In this document: piece after piece, positions 1 through 8,880 of the stretch
Layout of the letters: each line of letters starts with the position of its first letter
How positions within the stretch are numbered: the first letter of the stretch is position 1
DNA from: Dehalococcoidia bacterium
GTDB lineage: Bacteria; Chloroflexota; Dehalococcoidia; Lucifugimonadales; Australimonadaceae
Assembly: GCA_965220655.1 (NCBI GenBank)
Contig: CBDCQO010000007.1
Location: 15,356 to 79,355, forward strand
DNA: 64,000 nucleotides
Direction: 5' to 3'
Position numbers and translations under genes: made by a program
Notes under the pieces: model-generated
What the model saw: the letters and a program-made list of their open reading frames with translations, nothing else
Told to the model about the DNA's origin: nothing
Databases searched by the model: none

Positions 1-78
1 GACCCACTCCCAGCCTGCGATGCCCAGTTCGTCCAGCGCCGCCCGCACCCGCACTTCGATGTCTCCAGGTGTATTCAC
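1..78 (-). CDS. 5' end of an unidentified gene running off the left edge (26 codons visible)
   Basis: GTG at 78-76 with GAGGGA 7 nt upstream. The frame stays open to position 1 (MNTPGDIEVRVRAALDELGIAGWEWV...). It is divergent from hpnH and too short to identify. Confidence 0.3.
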   Translation of the reverse strand, partial: MNTPGDIEVRVRAALDELGIAGWEWV

Positions 79-162
79 GGTGTTGTCCCTCGTGGCGATT
101 CTACAATCGTTACGGTTGCCTGCTAGACTGCTCACAACCGTACCGCAGGGAGCGCAACCGCA

Positions 163-1185
163 ATGGGAGTGCCTGCCTCACAAGCGTGGACAGTAGCATC
201 CCACGTGATCAAGCAACGTCTGGCGGGACGCAAACGCTATCCGCTCGTGCTCATGCTGGAGCCGCTGCTGCGCTGCAACCTCGCATGCGCGGGCTGCGGG
301 AAGATCCAGTACCCGCCGCACGTGCTCAAGCGCGCTCTGACCATCGAGCAGTGCCTGGCCGCGGTGGAGGAGTGCGGCGCCCCCATCGTCAGCATCCCCG
401 GCGGCGAGCCTCTGCTCTATCCCCACATCGGCGAACTGGTCGAGGAACTGACCCGCCGCAGGAAGTACGTGTACCTCTGCACCAACGCGCTGTTGCTCAA
501 GGAGAAGCTGGAGCAGAACGTCTTCACGCCCTCCAGCCGTCTCAGTTTCAGCGTGCATATGGACGGCCTGCGCGAGGAGCACGACGCTTCCGTCTGTCGC
601 GACGGCGTGTACGACGTCGCCGTCGATGCGATACGGGAAGCCGTCCGGCGCGGGTTCCGTGTCACCACCAACACGACGCTGTTCAACACGTCCGAGCCGA
701 TGCGCGTCCGCGACTTCTTCGACGCGATGATGGACCTCGACGTCGAGGGGATGATGGTGTCGCCCGGGTACAGCTACGAGAAAGCCCCGGACCAGGACTC
801 GTTCCTGGAGCGCGAACGGACGCAGGAGCTGTTCTCCGAGGTGCTCACCGGCAGGAAGAAGCGCTGGCGGTTCAACCAGTCGCCGCTGTTCCTCCAGTTC
901 CTCATGGGCAAGCGCGATTTCGAGTGCACGCCGTGGGGCAACCCGCTCTACACAATCTTCGGATGGCAGCGCCCCTGCTACCTGCTGCAGGACGGCTACG
1001 CCGCCACCTTCCGGGAGTTGATGGACGAAACGCCCTGGGATGAGTACGGCAGGAGCAGCGGCAACCCTCACTGCCAGGACTGCATGGTGCATTCCGGGTA
1101 CGAACCTACTGCCGTCCATGCGACGTTCACTACGTGGCGCGGTCTGCGCGACTCCGCCGTCGCCACGCTTACCGGCAAGCTGTGA
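163..1185 (+). CDS. hpnH: Adenosyl-hopene transferase, radical SAM (HpnH)
   Basis: 340-aa ORF with radical-SAM CxxxCxxC (CNLACAGC), GGEPLL, and a C-terminal WGNPLYTIFGWQRPCY...HCQDCMVHSGYE region typical of HpnH. It lies next to hpnG and shc. Confidence 0.9.
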   Translation: MGVPASQAWTVASHVIKQRLAGRKRYPLVLMLEPLLRCNLACAGCGKIQYPPHVLKRALTIEQCLAAVEECGAPIVSIPGGEPLLYPHIGELVEELTRRRKYVYLCTNALLLKEKLEQNVFTPSSRLSFSVHMDGLREEHDASVCRDGVYDVAVDAIREAVRRGFRVTTNTTLFNTSEPMRVRDFFDAMMDLDVEGMMVSPGYSYEKAPDQDSFLERERTQELFSEVLTGRKKRWRFNQSPLFLQFLMGKRDFECTPWGNPLYTIFGWQRPCYLLQDGYAATFRELMDETPWDEYGRSSGNPHCQDCMVHSGYEPTAVHATFTTWRGLRDSAVATLTGKL

Positions 1186-1188
1186 GCC

Positions 1189-1518
1189 ATGTACGAGCAC
1201 GAGCCACCGGCGGATACTGCACACCGGGGAGACGCTGACGGCGTGGCCGGACTCGTCGAGCGTGCCTTTCAGTATCGCGGCGACGTCACCGTGCGCATCG
1301 ACGACGGCAGCACCGTGACAGGCTATCTCTTCAACCGGGATGCGCATGCGAGCGAACCGTTCGTCCAGCTGTTCGAGACACAGACCGGACGCGAGGTGTC
1401 GCTCCCTTACCGCAGCATCACCGGCGTGCTCTTCACCGGGCGTGATGCCGCCGCCGCGGCGGACCAGCGTTTCGAGGCCCTGCAGGTCCGTTCAGGAACA
1501 GAACGCCATGAAGACTGA
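1189..1518 (+). CDS. Small conserved-looking hypothetical protein embedded in the hopanoid cluster
   Basis: 109-aa ORF starting 4 nt after the hpnH stop and overlapping the hpnG start by 11 nt. Third codon positions are G/C-rich. I recognise no family. Confidence 0.5.
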   Translation: MYEHEPPADTAHRGDADGVAGLVERAFQYRGDVTVRIDDGSTVTGYLFNRDAHASEPFVQLFETQTGREVSLPYRSITGVLFTGRDAAAAADQRFEALQVRSGTERHED

Positions 1519-2206
1519 AGCCGCGCTGGCCCCGCTCCTGACTATCGCCCCCACCCAGCGGGAGTTGGGAGGACTCGGTTACGGCAATGCGCGTACCCGC
1601 ACGAGCGTCGTCGGTATCGGACGCGTCGCGGGAGAACAGGTCGCAGCTCTCTTGGATGCCGCGCCGTGTCGGCTGCTGGTCTCGCTGGGATACGCAGGCG
1701 CGCTGGATCCACACCTCCATCCCGGCGACCTCGTGGTGGCGAACGCCTATCTCCACGGAGCAAGCGCGCCGGTCCCCGGCGCCCTGCACACGACCCGTGC
1801 GGCGATGCTGCTGCGACAGGCCGGCATCTCCGCCCTCGAAGGGCCGGTGCTGACCGTGGACGAACCGCTCCTTTCGCCCCGGGCCAAGCGCAGAGCGTTC
1901 CACGGTAGCGGTGCGCTGGTGGTCGACATGGAAGGACGCTGGATCGCGGAAGAGGCAACATCGAGAGGCGTCCCGCTCATCGGCATCCGCGCAGTGCTCG
2001 ACGAGGCCCACTATCCGCTGCCTTCCTTCATCGCAACCATCATCGCGGATGCCGGGCGGCGGGAGTGGGCTCACGCCGTGCGGGCGATGTCGCACCCGTC
2101 AGCGGTCAGGAGCTTCCTTCCGCTGGCGTTGAAATCACGCGGAGCGTCGCGCGCCTTGCAGACGGCCGTGCAGAGCATCCTTCCGGAGCTCGCTCGTCAG
2201 CTCTGA
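1508..2206 (+). CDS. hpnG: Hopanoid-associated phosphorylase (purine nucleoside phosphorylase/MTA nucleosidase fold, HpnG)
   Basis: The internal ATG at 1508 gives a 232-aa protein (MKTEAALAPLL...). PNP_UDP-like motifs are present (LLVSLGYAGALDP, VVDMEG). It sits between hpnH and shc. The upstream part of ORF 1340..2206 is Arg/Ser-rich junk. Confidence 0.8.
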   Translation: MKTEAALAPLLTIAPTQRELGGLGYGNARTRTSVVGIGRVAGEQVAALLDAAPCRLLVSLGYAGALDPHLHPGDLVVANAYLHGASAPVPGALHTTRAAMLLRQAGISALEGPVLTVDEPLLSPRAKRRAFHGSGALVVDMEGRWIAEEATSRGVPLIGIRAVLDEAHYPLPSFIATIIADAGRREWAHAVRAMSHPSAVRSFLPLALKSRGASRALQTAVQSILPELARQL

Positions 2207-2215
2207 GCCGGACCG

Positions 2216-4213
2216 ATGGCGAACCTGGTCGAACAAGGCATGAAGAGCCGCCTCCGCGAAGCACTGAAGCGGACGCAGGACTACTTCTTCCGTACGCAGC
2301 ACGAGGATGGCTACTGGTGGGGGGAGCTGGAGTCCAATCCGACCATGGAGGCGGAGTACATCATGCTCGCGCACTTCATGGGGTCGGACGAGGGCGACCG
2401 CATCCCCCGTGTCGCGGAAGACATCCGGCGCAGACAGTCCGAAGACGGCTCCTGGCGGATGTACTACGGCGCGCCGGGAGACCTGAGCACGTCCATCGAG
2501 TGCTACTTTGCGCTCAAGCTCGCCGGGGACCCGGCCGATGCTCCCCACATGGCGCGGGCGCGCGCCTTCATCCTGGCGCAGGGCGGGGTGCCCCGGGCGC
2601 GGGTATTCACCAAGATATGGCTCGCCCTCTTCGGTCAGTGGGACTGGAAGGGAACGCCGACCATGCCCCCGGACATGATGCTGCTGCCGAAATGGGCGCC
2701 CTTCAATATCTACCGCTTCGCGAGTTGGGCGCGCGCGACGATCGTGCCGATGACCATCATCCTCACGCTTCATCCCACGCGGCCGCCGCGCGAGAGTGCA
2801 TGGGTCATGGAGCTCTACCCGGAAGGCCCCGTCACGTTCACGCTGTCGCGCTGGAGGGCGAAGCCCTTCTCCCTCAAAGGAGGATTCCTGCTCCTGGACA
2901 AGGCGCTCCGCGTCTACTGCAATCTGCCTTTCATCCCCAGGCGGGAACGGGCGCTCGAGGCCGCCGTCGACTGGATCGTCAGCCACCAGGAGGCCGACGG
3001 TTCGTGGGGAGGCATACAGCCGCCCTGGGTCTACTCGCTCATCGCACTCAGTGCCCTCGGGTATCGGCTGGACCATCCGGTCGTCGCAAAGGGGCTGGAG
3101 GGCTTCAGAGAGCACTGGAGCCTCCCGTCGGAGGACGGCGAGGCGCTCAGGGTGCAGGCGTGTCTCTCGCCCGTGTGGGACACGTGCCTCGCCCTGCGCG
3201 GACTCCTCGATTCCGGCGTGCCGCCCGACCATTCCGCCATCCGGCGCGCCGCGTCCTGGCTCATCCGCGAGGAGATACGGGTCAAGGGCGACTGGGCCGT
3301 CTATCGGCCTCATCTCGAACCCAGCGGATGGGCGTTCGAGTTCGACAACGTCCACTATCCGGACATCGACGACTCAGCCATCATCGTGACCGACCTCGCG
3401 CTCGCGCGGATGAACGACGACGCAGGCGAACAGGCGAGGGCGGCATCCGTCGACCGTGCCGTCGCGTGGCTGACGGGCATGCAGAGTTCGAGTGGGGGGT
3501 GGGCCGCGTTCGACTGGAACAACGAGTCCCGCGAGCTGGCGGACATCCCGTTCGCCGACTTCGGCGAGCTCCTGGACCCGCCCAGTGTGGACGTCACCGC
3601 GCACGTGCTGGAGATGTACGGGATACTGGGGTACGGGATGGACCATCCGCCCGTACGCCGGGGCCTGGCATACATATGGGACCAGCAGGAGCACGACGGC
3701 GCGTGGTTCGGACGCTGGGGCGTGAACTACGTCTACGGCACGGGCGCGGTGCTGCCCGCTCTGCAAGCGCTGGGAGTGGACATGACGCAGCCCCGTGTGC
3801 GCCGTGCGGTCGAGTGGCTCCTCGCGCACCAGAACCCGGACGGCGGATGGGGAGAGACCTGCGTCAGCTATCCGGACCCGTCCCTGCGTGGGCAGGGTGA
3901 GAGTACGCCCTCGCAGACGTCATGGGCGCTCATCGCGCTCATCGCGGCGGGTGAAGCGCTCAGCGAGTCCGTCTGGAGAGGCGTCGAGTTCCTCCTCCGG
4001 CGCCAGCAGGCAGACGGAACCTGGGACGAGCCGCAGTTCACGGGGTGCGGTTTCCCCGGTTACGGCCCCGGCAACCAGCCCGAGCGGTACGAACCGCTCG
4101 GCGACCCGAACTCGCAGGGCCCCGAACTGAGTGCTGCGTTCATGATCAACTACCACTTGTATCGCAACTACTTCCCGCTCTGGGCGCTGGGGCGGTACGC
4201 GCAGGCGCTTTAG
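2216..4213 (+). CDS. shc: Squalene-hopene cyclase
   Basis: 665 aa with a DxDD catalytic motif (PDIDDSAII) and multiple QW repeats (QxxDGSW/GGW: QSEDGSWR, QEADGSWGG, QSSSGGWA, QEHDGAWFG, QNPDGGWGE, QQADGTWD). Confidence 0.95.
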   Translation: MANLVEQGMKSRLREALKRTQDYFFRTQHEDGYWWGELESNPTMEAEYIMLAHFMGSDEGDRIPRVAEDIRRRQSEDGSWRMYYGAPGDLSTSIECYFALKLAGDPADAPHMARARAFILAQGGVPRARVFTKIWLALFGQWDWKGTPTMPPDMMLLPKWAPFNIYRFASWARATIVPMTIILTLHPTRPPRESAWVMELYPEGPVTFTLSRWRAKPFSLKGGFLLLDKALRVYCNLPFIPRRERALEAAVDWIVSHQEADGSWGGIQPPWVYSLIALSALGYRLDHPVVAKGLEGFREHWSLPSEDGEALRVQACLSPVWDTCLALRGLLDSGVPPDHSAIRRAASWLIREEIRVKGDWAVYRPHLEPSGWAFEFDNVHYPDIDDSAIIVTDLALARMNDDAGEQARAASVDRAVAWLTGMQSSSGGWAAFDWNNESRELADIPFADFGELLDPPSVDVTAHVLEMYGILGYGMDHPPVRRGLAYIWDQQEHDGAWFGRWGVNYVYGTGAVLPALQALGVDMTQPRVRRAVEWLLAHQNPDGGWGETCVSYPDPSLRGQGESTPSQTSWALIALIAAGEALSESVWRGVEFLLRRQQADGTWDEPQFTGCGFPGYGPGNQPERYEPLGDPNSQGPELSAAFMINYHLYRNYFPLWALGRYAQAL

Positions 4214-4658
4214 CTGGACCCGCTCAGGCCAGACCGGCCGGCGTGGCATGCGCGACCGCGGGCCCGGCAGCGGCTCTCCCTCAACCATGACCGTCTCTGC
4301 AGGTTGAGGATACCCGAGAAAACGTCATCGTAACGTAATCATTTTTTGTCTGAAAGTCACCCTATTTTCACTTCGAAGGGCGTATGTTGAAGTGCACCGG
4401 CTCGCACACGGGCAGTCTCTGCATGGCTGCTGCGGCGAGACGGTGGGCGAGCGTCCTTTACACCCCGCTGGTCGGCGGAGCACCTGCCGCGGGGATCGAG
4501 GCTTCGTGGGGGAAGCACAGGGGACTGGGGCTCTCCCCACGGGGGACCTCCTGGGCATGAGGTAAAACTGCCCACTTTAGTGAGCCGTCCCGTTCGGCCA
4601 CACCGGCGCCTGCGCAGCGGCTACGGTGGGCTTCGTTGGGACCGATCAGGGGGTTGAG

Positions 4659-4757
4659 TTGCTGGACCTATTGCTCACAGCGCTGGCAGGTATCGTGATA
4701 GGGGCAGTGCTGCTTGTCGGCGGCCTCGTCATACATGCGCGGCGTCAACGGCCTTGA
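4659..4757 (+). CDS. Possible 32-aa single-pass membrane peptide (speculative)
   Basis: TTG start 5 nt after a GGGGG run. It encodes LDLLLTALAGIVIGAVLLVGGLVIHARRQRP, a hydrophobic helix followed by a basic tail. It is below the ORF-track length cutoff and has no other support. Confidence 0.2.
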   Translation: MLDLLLTALAGIVIGAVLLVGGLVIHARRQRP

Positions 4758-5060
4758 AGGAATTGCTCGGGCAGCCGATGACTGCTGCCAGCGCGAGAAT
4801 CTCTGCGTAGTTCACTGATCCTATCCGGACTCCATCCGTGGCCCAGAGCTTGCCCGTTGCTGCCAGGCACCGTTCACGCATGCCGTGATGTTGCCACCGG
4901 CAAGTGCATCGATCCGGGCAGGACGATGGTGGCCGTGGCGATGACGCAAGGGTGACTTCCAGAGTGTGGTTCGATTACGGTATGGTGACGTTCTGCAGAG
5001 CCGCATCGGTTTCCTGCAGTCCCTGTCGCACCCTGAGCGTACTGCGCGCGAGGAGACCGA

Positions 5061-7448
5061 ATGACACAGCCGGACGGGCCGGAACGAGAGATAGCAGAAC
5101 TGCGCGAGCGGCTGTCCAGGCTGAGCGAGGCCGGCCTCCGCATCACCGAAGACCTGGACTTCAACTCCGTTCTGCAAGGAGTGCTCGACTCCGCCCGCTC
5201 CCTCACCGGGGCCCGTTACGGTGTCATCACCCTGCAAGACGCCGTGGGGAACGTGGAGGACTTCCTCTCCTCCGGCATGACCAACGACGAGGCCCAGAGG
5301 CTGTGGACGCAGCCGGACGGGCTAAGACATTTTGCCTATCTCGGCAGTATCCCCGGGCCCCTGCGCGTCCCCGACCTGCCCGCCCACCTCAGGTCGGTGG
5401 GCCTCCCCGAACTCCGCATCCCGATGGCGGTTGGCGGCAAGGTCTCCTTCCTGGCTTTCCCCGTCCTGCATCGGGGCGAACGTGTCGGCAGCATCTACCT
5501 CGCCGGAAAGGAACGAGAGCAAGAGTTCACCCGGGAGGACGAGGAAACCCTCGTCCTGTTTGCTTCACAGGCCGCCATGGCCATCGCCAACGCCCGCAGG
5601 CACCGGGAGGAGCAACGGGCCAGGGCCGACCTCGAGACGCTGATAGATACCTCCCCGGTCGGCGTGGTCGTCTTTGACGCCGCGACGGGAGCCCCCAAGT
5701 CCTTCAACCGGGAATCCCGCAGGATCGTCGACAGCCTCCGAAACCCGGACCAAACGCCCGAGCAACTGCTGGAAACGATGGCTTTCACACGCGCCGACGG
5801 GCGCGAGGTCTCGCTGAGGGAATTCCCGATGGCGGACCTGCTCAGCATCGGCGAGACGATCCGGGCCGAGGAGATCGTCATGCGCGTCGCTGACGGCAGA
5901 AGCGTCACAGTGCTGCTCAACGCGACACCCATCCGCTCGGACGAGGGCGCGGTCGAGTCGGTGGTCGTCACTATGCAGGACATGGCCGACGTTGAGGAGC
6001 AGGAGCGGTTGCGGGCCGAGTTCCTGGCGATGGTGAGCCACGAGCTGCGGACTCCGCTCACCTCCATCAGAGGAGCGGCGACGACGATGCTGGACACCTC
6101 GTCCGAGCTTGATCCCACTGAGGTCCGCCAGCTCATGCGGATCATCGTCGATCAGGCCGACGGCATGCGCGAGCTTATCGGCGATCTGCTCGATGTGGCG
6201 CGCATCGAGACGGGCACCCTCTCGGTCAACCCCGAACCGGTCGAGGTCGCCATGCTGGTGGACCGGGCGAGGACCACCTTCCTCGGCGGAGGAGGCAGGA
6301 ATGGCCTCGATATCGACGTCGACCTGGGCCTGCCCCTGGTGATGGCGGACAGGCGCCGCGTCGTCCAGGTCATCGGCAATCTCCTCTCGAATGCCTCCAG
6401 GCGCTCGCCGGAATCGTCCGCGATCCGGGTGAGCGCGGCCAGCGAGGGAAGCCATGTGGCCGTGTCCGTAGTAGACGAAGGGAGCGGCATCACGGCCGAG
6501 CGGTTGCCCCTCCTGTTCCGTAAGTTCTCGAGGAACGAGGCAGAGGAACAAGGAGGGGACACGGGGCTGGGCCTTGCCATCTGCAAAGGGATAGTCGAGG
6601 CTCACGGGGGCCGCATCTGGGCTGAGAGCGATGGGCCGGGCCTCGGCGCCCGGTTCACTTTCACGCTCCCGATGGTCGAAGAGACCGCCAGCGAGCGCCG
6701 CTGGTCCTCCCGCCCCATACGGTCCGAGGTGGGCGCGGGTAAACGGATCCTGGTGGTGGACGACGACCCGCAGGCGCTGACGTACGTTCGGAACGTGCTC
6801 ACGGACGCCGGCTACAGCCCGATAGTGTCCGCCGACGCCGAGGAGGCACTGGGCCTGATGAAGGAGAATGAGGCCCACCTCGTCCTTCTCGACCTGATGC
6901 TCCCGGGCTTCGACGGGATCGAGCTGTTGCAGGACATCCTCAGCATCGCCGATGTTCCGGTGATCTTCCTCTCTGCGTATGGCAAGGACCACGTGATCGC
7001 CCGGGCCTTCGACGCCGGGGCGACCGACTACATCGTCAAGCCCTTCTCGCCGACCGAACTCGTGGCCAGGGTCAGGGCAGCCCTCCGAAGGCAGGAGGGA
7101 CATGACCGGGACCAGCCGCCGGAACCATACGTGCTGGGGGGGCTGACCATCGACTACGCGGAGCGCCTCGTGACCCTGGCAGGCCGTCGTGTGCAGCTGA
7201 CGGCCACGGAGTACGGCCTGCTCTACCAACTCTCTCTCAACGGTGGGCGGGTGCTGACGCACAGCCAGCTGCTGCGAAGGGTCTGGCGGTCCGAGAAATC
7301 CGGCGACATGCGGACGCTTCGGACGCATGTGAGGAGGCTTCGCCACAAGCTGGGAGAGGACGGCAGCAACCCCACCTACATCTTCGCCGAGCCCCGGGTT
7401 GGCTACCGTATGCCCAGGGCAGAGAACCAGGGCTGGGAGCAGGTGTGA
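5061..7448 (+). CDS. Soluble hybrid histidine kinase fused to a receiver and an OmpR-type winged-helix DNA-binding domain (GAF-PAS-HisKA-HATPase-REC-Trans_reg_C)
   Basis: 795 aa with no TM segment. H-box is FLAMVSHELRTPLTSIRG. ATPase G-boxes are DEGSGI and GGDTGLGLAICKGIV. The receiver has ILVVDDD...LVLLDLMLPGFDG...DYIVKPF. The C-terminus has LTATEYGLLYQL...RTLRTHVRRLRHKL...VGYRM. Confidence 0.9.
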   Translation: MTQPDGPEREIAELRERLSRLSEAGLRITEDLDFNSVLQGVLDSARSLTGARYGVITLQDAVGNVEDFLSSGMTNDEAQRLWTQPDGLRHFAYLGSIPGPLRVPDLPAHLRSVGLPELRIPMAVGGKVSFLAFPVLHRGERVGSIYLAGKEREQEFTREDEETLVLFASQAAMAIANARRHREEQRARADLETLIDTSPVGVVVFDAATGAPKSFNRESRRIVDSLRNPDQTPEQLLETMAFTRADGREVSLREFPMADLLSIGETIRAEEIVMRVADGRSVTVLLNATPIRSDEGAVESVVVTMQDMADVEEQERLRAEFLAMVSHELRTPLTSIRGAATTMLDTSSELDPTEVRQLMRIIVDQADGMRELIGDLLDVARIETGTLSVNPEPVEVAMLVDRARTTFLGGGGRNGLDIDVDLGLPLVMADRRRVVQVIGNLLSNASRRSPESSAIRVSAASEGSHVAVSVVDEGSGITAERLPLLFRKFSRNEAEEQGGDTGLGLAICKGIVEAHGGRIWAESDGPGLGARFTFTLPMVEETASERRWSSRPIRSEVGAGKRILVVDDDPQALTYVRNVLTDAGYSPIVSADAEEALGLMKENEAHLVLLDLMLPGFDGIELLQDILSIADVPVIFLSAYGKDHVIARAFDAGATDYIVKPFSPTELVARVRAALRRQEGHDRDQPPEPYVLGGLTIDYAERLVTLAGRRVQLTATEYGLLYQLSLNGGRVLTHSQLLRRVWRSEKSGDMRTLRTHVRRLRHKLGEDGSNPTYIFAEPRVGYRMPRAENQGWEQV

Positions 7449-7473
7449 GCACACCGGCCTGGCGGTGGAGTGT

Positions 7474-8880
7474 TCAGTTCAACGGAAGACGGATAGTCAC
7501 GGTCGCTCCCTGTCCGGGCCCGTCGCTTGCCACGGATACCGTGCCCCTGTGCGCTTCGGCGATGGCCCGCGTGATGGCCAGCCCCAGGCCCGTGCCGCCT
7601 ACCCCCCGGCTGCGCGACTGGTCCGTGCGATAGAAGCGGTCGAAGACGTGGGGAAGGTCCGCGGGGTCGATGCCGATCCCGTCGTCGGCGATCGAGACGG
7701 CCAGCGTATCGTCACTCTCCAACCCCGCCCTGAGCACGATGGTCCCGCCGGCATCGGTGCAACGGATGGCGTTGCTCATCACGTTCCCCAGCGCCTGGCC
7801 CATGCGCATCCGGTCGAGATCCGCCTCCGGCAGGTCGTCGGACGCCTCCAGTGACAGTGAGACCTGCCGGGCCTCGGCTTGCGGTTGCCAGCGCTCCAGC
7901 TCTGCGGTGAGCAGTTCGTGGATCGAACCTGCTTCGAGCGTGAGCCGTAACTCGCCGTTGTCCGTCTCTGCGAGCCAGTTCAGATCGGTCACGAGGCCAC
8001 GCAGCCGCTCTACCTCCTGGATGATGTGGCCGGACGCGCTTTCGGGGGCCTGGAGCCCGTCGCGCAGCCCCGCCGCCTCCAGCTGGATCACGCTCAGCGG
8101 CGTATTCAACTCATGGGAGACGTCGTTTATCAGCCGCCTGCGGAGCTCGCGCTGGGTTTCCAGGGAGGAGGTCATCCGGTTGAAGGCCACGCTCATCTTT
8201 CCCAACTCGTCCGATGACGTGACCGGGAGCCGGGTCGTATCCCCCTGGGCGATCGCCTCGGTCGCCTCCGTCAACGCCGTTACGGGGGCCGTAATCCGTT
8301 TGGACAACCAGGCGGCCAGCAGTATGGCGACGCCCACCGTCAGCGCCCCGCCGATCAGGATGATGTACAGGAGCGTATTGAGGAACCCGTGGGACTCGCT
8401 CGACAGGAACTCGCGGTTCACGTCCACGTAGACGTGGCCCACGGGCCGGTCCGCGGCGAGGTCGAATACCGCCTCACGACGTCCCGCCAGATCGGGGACG
8501 GCGGCGCCGGGCGTCAGGACGGACAGGTTGTCCCTCACCACGCGTCCGTCTGCGCCGGCCACGACGACCCGTATCCGGTCCTGGTGGAAGAGCTCCGACG
8601 ATTCGTCTTCGCCTTCTCCATGCTCCTCGCTCTCCCGGACTCCCTCGTAGACGTATCCGGCTTCGGACAGCGCTCTGTCCACCGTTCCCCAGCCGCCGGC
8701 GGCGGTGTACTCCCGGCTCAGGTCACGGGCCAGTTGCACCGCTTCATCGCCGCCTATCCGGTCTACGAACACGTCCAGCCGGGACTGTGTCGCGTAGTAG
8801 CCCACGCCGACGCTGATCAGCACGGTGAGAACGACGATAAGGACAGTCGCGCCCATGATGCGCCAGCGCAGCGACATCAC
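7474..8880 (-). CDS. Membrane sensor histidine kinase (two TM segments, periplasmic loop, HAMP, HisKA, HATPase)
   Basis: 468 aa. TM1 is ATVLIVVLTVLISVGVGYYA and TM2 is LLYIILIGGALTVGVAILLAAWL. H-box is DVSHELNTPLS. The C-terminus has GTGLGLAITRAIAEAHRG. Its start overlaps the stop of the upstream regulator (GTGATG). Confidence 0.9.
   Translation of the reverse strand: MMSLRWRIMGATVLIVVLTVLISVGVGYYATQSRLDVFVDRIGGDEAVQLARDLSREYTAAGGWGTVDRALSEAGYVYEGVRESEEHGEGEDESSELFHQDRIRVVVAGADGRVVRDNLSVLTPGAAVPDLAGRREAVFDLAADRPVGHVYVDVNREFLSSESHGFLNTLLYIILIGGALTVGVAILLAAWLSKRITAPVTALTEATEAIAQGDTTRLPVTSSDELGKMSVAFNRMTSSLETQRELRRRLINDVSHELNTPLSVIQLEAAGLRDGLQAPESASGHIIQEVERLRGLVTDLNWLAETDNGELRLTLEAGSIHELLTAELERWQPQAEARQVSLSLEASDDLPEADLDRMRMGQALGNVMSNAIRCTDAGGTIVLRAGLESDDTLAVSIADDGIGIDPADLPHVFDRFYRTDQSRSRGVGGTGLGLAITRAIAEAHRGTVSVASDGPGQGATVTIRLPLN

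Noticed and set aside
178-1347. 389-aa minus-strand ORF covering hpnH
   Set aside because: It is a mirror-frame ORF, which is typical of high-GC DNA. The translation is Arg/Ala/Gly/Val-rich with no motifs, while the plus-strand frame encodes an unmistakable radical-SAM HpnH.
2065-3900. 611-aa plus-strand ORF and 406-aa minus-strand ORF (2135..3355) overlapping shc
   Set aside because: These are alternative-frame products rich in Arg, Pro, Gly and Ala. The frame at 2216..4213 carries the DxDD and QW motifs of squalene-hopene cyclase.
4380-4620. Possible riboswitch, tmRNA, RNase P, SRP or 6S RNA in the GC-rich part of the shc downstream gap
   Set aside because: I looked for the B12 box, the TPP (CTGAGA...), SAM and glycine cores, the RNase P GGAAAGTCCGGGC motif, the SRP GGAAGCAGCC motif and a tmRNA tag frame. 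None was found. The region stays flagged only as an unexplained non-coding stretch.
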